A program made the translations under genes and the position numbers. 64,000 nt of DNA, from contig NC_082722.1 in NCBI RefSeq assembly GCF_030144855.1, positions 27,404,001 through 27,468,000 on the forward strand, given 5' to 3'. Shown one piece after another: positions 62,192 through 64,000 of the stretch. Position 1 is the stretch's first letter; each line of letters begins with the position of its first letter. The notes below the pieces were generated by a model. It was given only the letters and a program-made list of their open reading frames with translations. It was not told the origin of the DNA and made no database searches. Source of the stretch: Hypanus sabinus. Its lineage: Eukaryota.

Positions 62192-63759
62192 AACTGAGAA
62201 TCCAACTGCAGCTTAGCGCTATAGACTATCAATGAGTGCAGACCGGAGGCATTGCTTCTTTTCATTTTCTGCATCCAGGCAAAAATTGTGATTCTATATA
62301 ACATTTATAATTTAGGAAGGTAAGGGATCAACTTCGTCTGCGATTTGTTAGAAGCGATTATCACTGGGAAAAAAGTGATTAACTTACGAGTAAGATTGCG
62401 AATAAGACATTCCGTCTCTCTCTACTGCCCAGTTATAATCTCCATTGAACAGTCCCCGATCATTCCAGGACAGAAACCTACTTTTCCTAAAGTACCGCCC
62501 CACCACCAAGATATTCCATCCACAGTCCTCAGAGGATGAAAAAAGAAATCAAGAATTTCGTCACCACTAGCGAGAGAAACTTTATTTGCAGGGTAAAAGC
62601 AAACGCCAACTGAGCAGTTTTTTTCTTACTCACTTATTTCAACGTTCAACAGAGGAAACTATAGATTTGAAGATGTGAAAAAAATCGCAACATTTTCTCG
62701 CAATAACTCCTCTGTTTTTGAGTACTGATCAGTAAAAAATTATGAAAAAAATTCAGTATTCTTCTGTTTCTTTTACATTCATGGCTTGTTGCTCAAAACT
62801 AGCTGTATAATACAACTGCACAATCACATGGTAGTGACAGAAATCCCAGGGCACCAACAAGGCGAGAGAAATGCTTTGCAAGCTGTGTACTTATCCAAGC
62901 CCACATTGAAACAGAGGAGATACGCATATAGGCCCATTAAAGGAAATCAGGTTTAACCTAATCAATACTTGACTGAAACACGTGGACATCGGAAAGTAGA
63001 TGTATGTATGAATCACGTGTCTAGATGTGTACTCTCGAAGAATATGATGTTTTACACATAGCTCCTCAGCGATTAATAACTGCATAGTTGCCAAATAGAG
63101 CAAAATAAATATGAAATATGCCAAGTACCACCACCATGATGCCCCTCCTTCTTCCGTTTCTTCCAGGGTGCACTCGCTCCTCCTATCTGATTCCTTCTTG
63201 CACCCTTTTCCTTTTTCACTCATCACTTCCCAGCTTCTACGCCATTCTATTCCCCATTATCCACACACCTTCTGACTCACATGGTTTCTCTTATCACCTG
63301 CCGTACCATGTTAACTTCACCACCCTCATATTCTAGCTTCTGACTACTTCTTTTGTTGTCCTGATAAGGCGTTTCGGCCAGAAACATAGACACATAGACA
63401 GTTTGTTTACCTTCATATATATTGCCTTACCTAATGAATTACATCATCATTTTTCTTTGCATTACTCAAGATTTCCTGCATCTGCAGAATACATCGAGTT
63501 TGTCTTTCTTCTCTTGCTTACATGAATTTAATTTAATTTTTACAATGAGTGACTGGGGGTGCACCCAAGTGCAGGGCACAGGCACGGAGATAGGATTCAG
63601 AGGTGCTTGCACAGATGCAACCGTGGAGAAGATCTTGACACGGAGCTCTGATATGGAGTCTTGACACTGAGACGGGAAATAACTTGAAAGTAGAGCTGGA
63701 CTTAGAACCAACGGTTCCAAATAGTTGGGAAACGAAGTTATCAAACGGGAATACACAAT

Positions 63760-64000
63760 AAACAACAGACAATAGACAGTAGGTGCAGAAGTAGGCCATT
63801 CGGCCCTTCTAGCTAGCACCGCCATTTACTGCGATCATGGCTGAACATACCCAATCAGTACCCCGTTCCTGGCCTCTCTCCATATCCCTTGACCCCGCCA
63901 TCTATAAGAGCTGTATCTAACTCTCTCTTGAATGCATCCAGAGACTTGGCCTCCACTGCCTTCTGAGGCAGAGCATTCCACATATCCACCACTCTCTGGG
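63760..64000 (-). mobile_element. CR1 LINE 3' end, continuing beyond the window
   Basis: Reverse complement of the tail and 3' region seen at 13800-13975. Confidence 0.85.

Noticed and set aside
1-64000. tRNA, rRNA, CRISPR or prokaryotic operons
   Set aside because: None recognised. The sequence is intron- and retroelement-rich eukaryotic DNA, and most short ORFs in the track are TE fragments or noise.

Overview
Eukaryotic, transposon-dense genomic DNA. The repeat families suggest a cartilaginous fish, probably a ray (from pattern recognition, not proven). Most of the window is nested, mostly dead mobile DNA: CR1, Rex1/Babar-type, RTE/BovB-like and L1 LINEs, Penelope-like elements with minimal hammerhead-like motifs, a near-complete Mag-like Ty3/Gypsy element, a solo LTR, a Tc1 IR/DR transposon and a second DNA transposon. 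The one well-supported host gene is on the + strand at 51039-62191 and can be assembled by hand from GT-AG exons: leader, germline-joined VJ-type Ig domain with an NKp30-like GxGNGTRLxV end, Ig C1 domain, TM, and two cytoplasmic exons with four tyrosine motifs (ITIM/ITSM-like). It looks like a non-rearranging VJ-C1 inhibitory receptor, with one splice-phase junction unresolved. Heavily decayed V, C1, TM and ITIM exon relics upstream (about 3.8-4.6, 39.6-40.6 and 47.0-47.7 kb) suggest it is the surviving member of a tandem receptor cluster; these relic calls are tentative.
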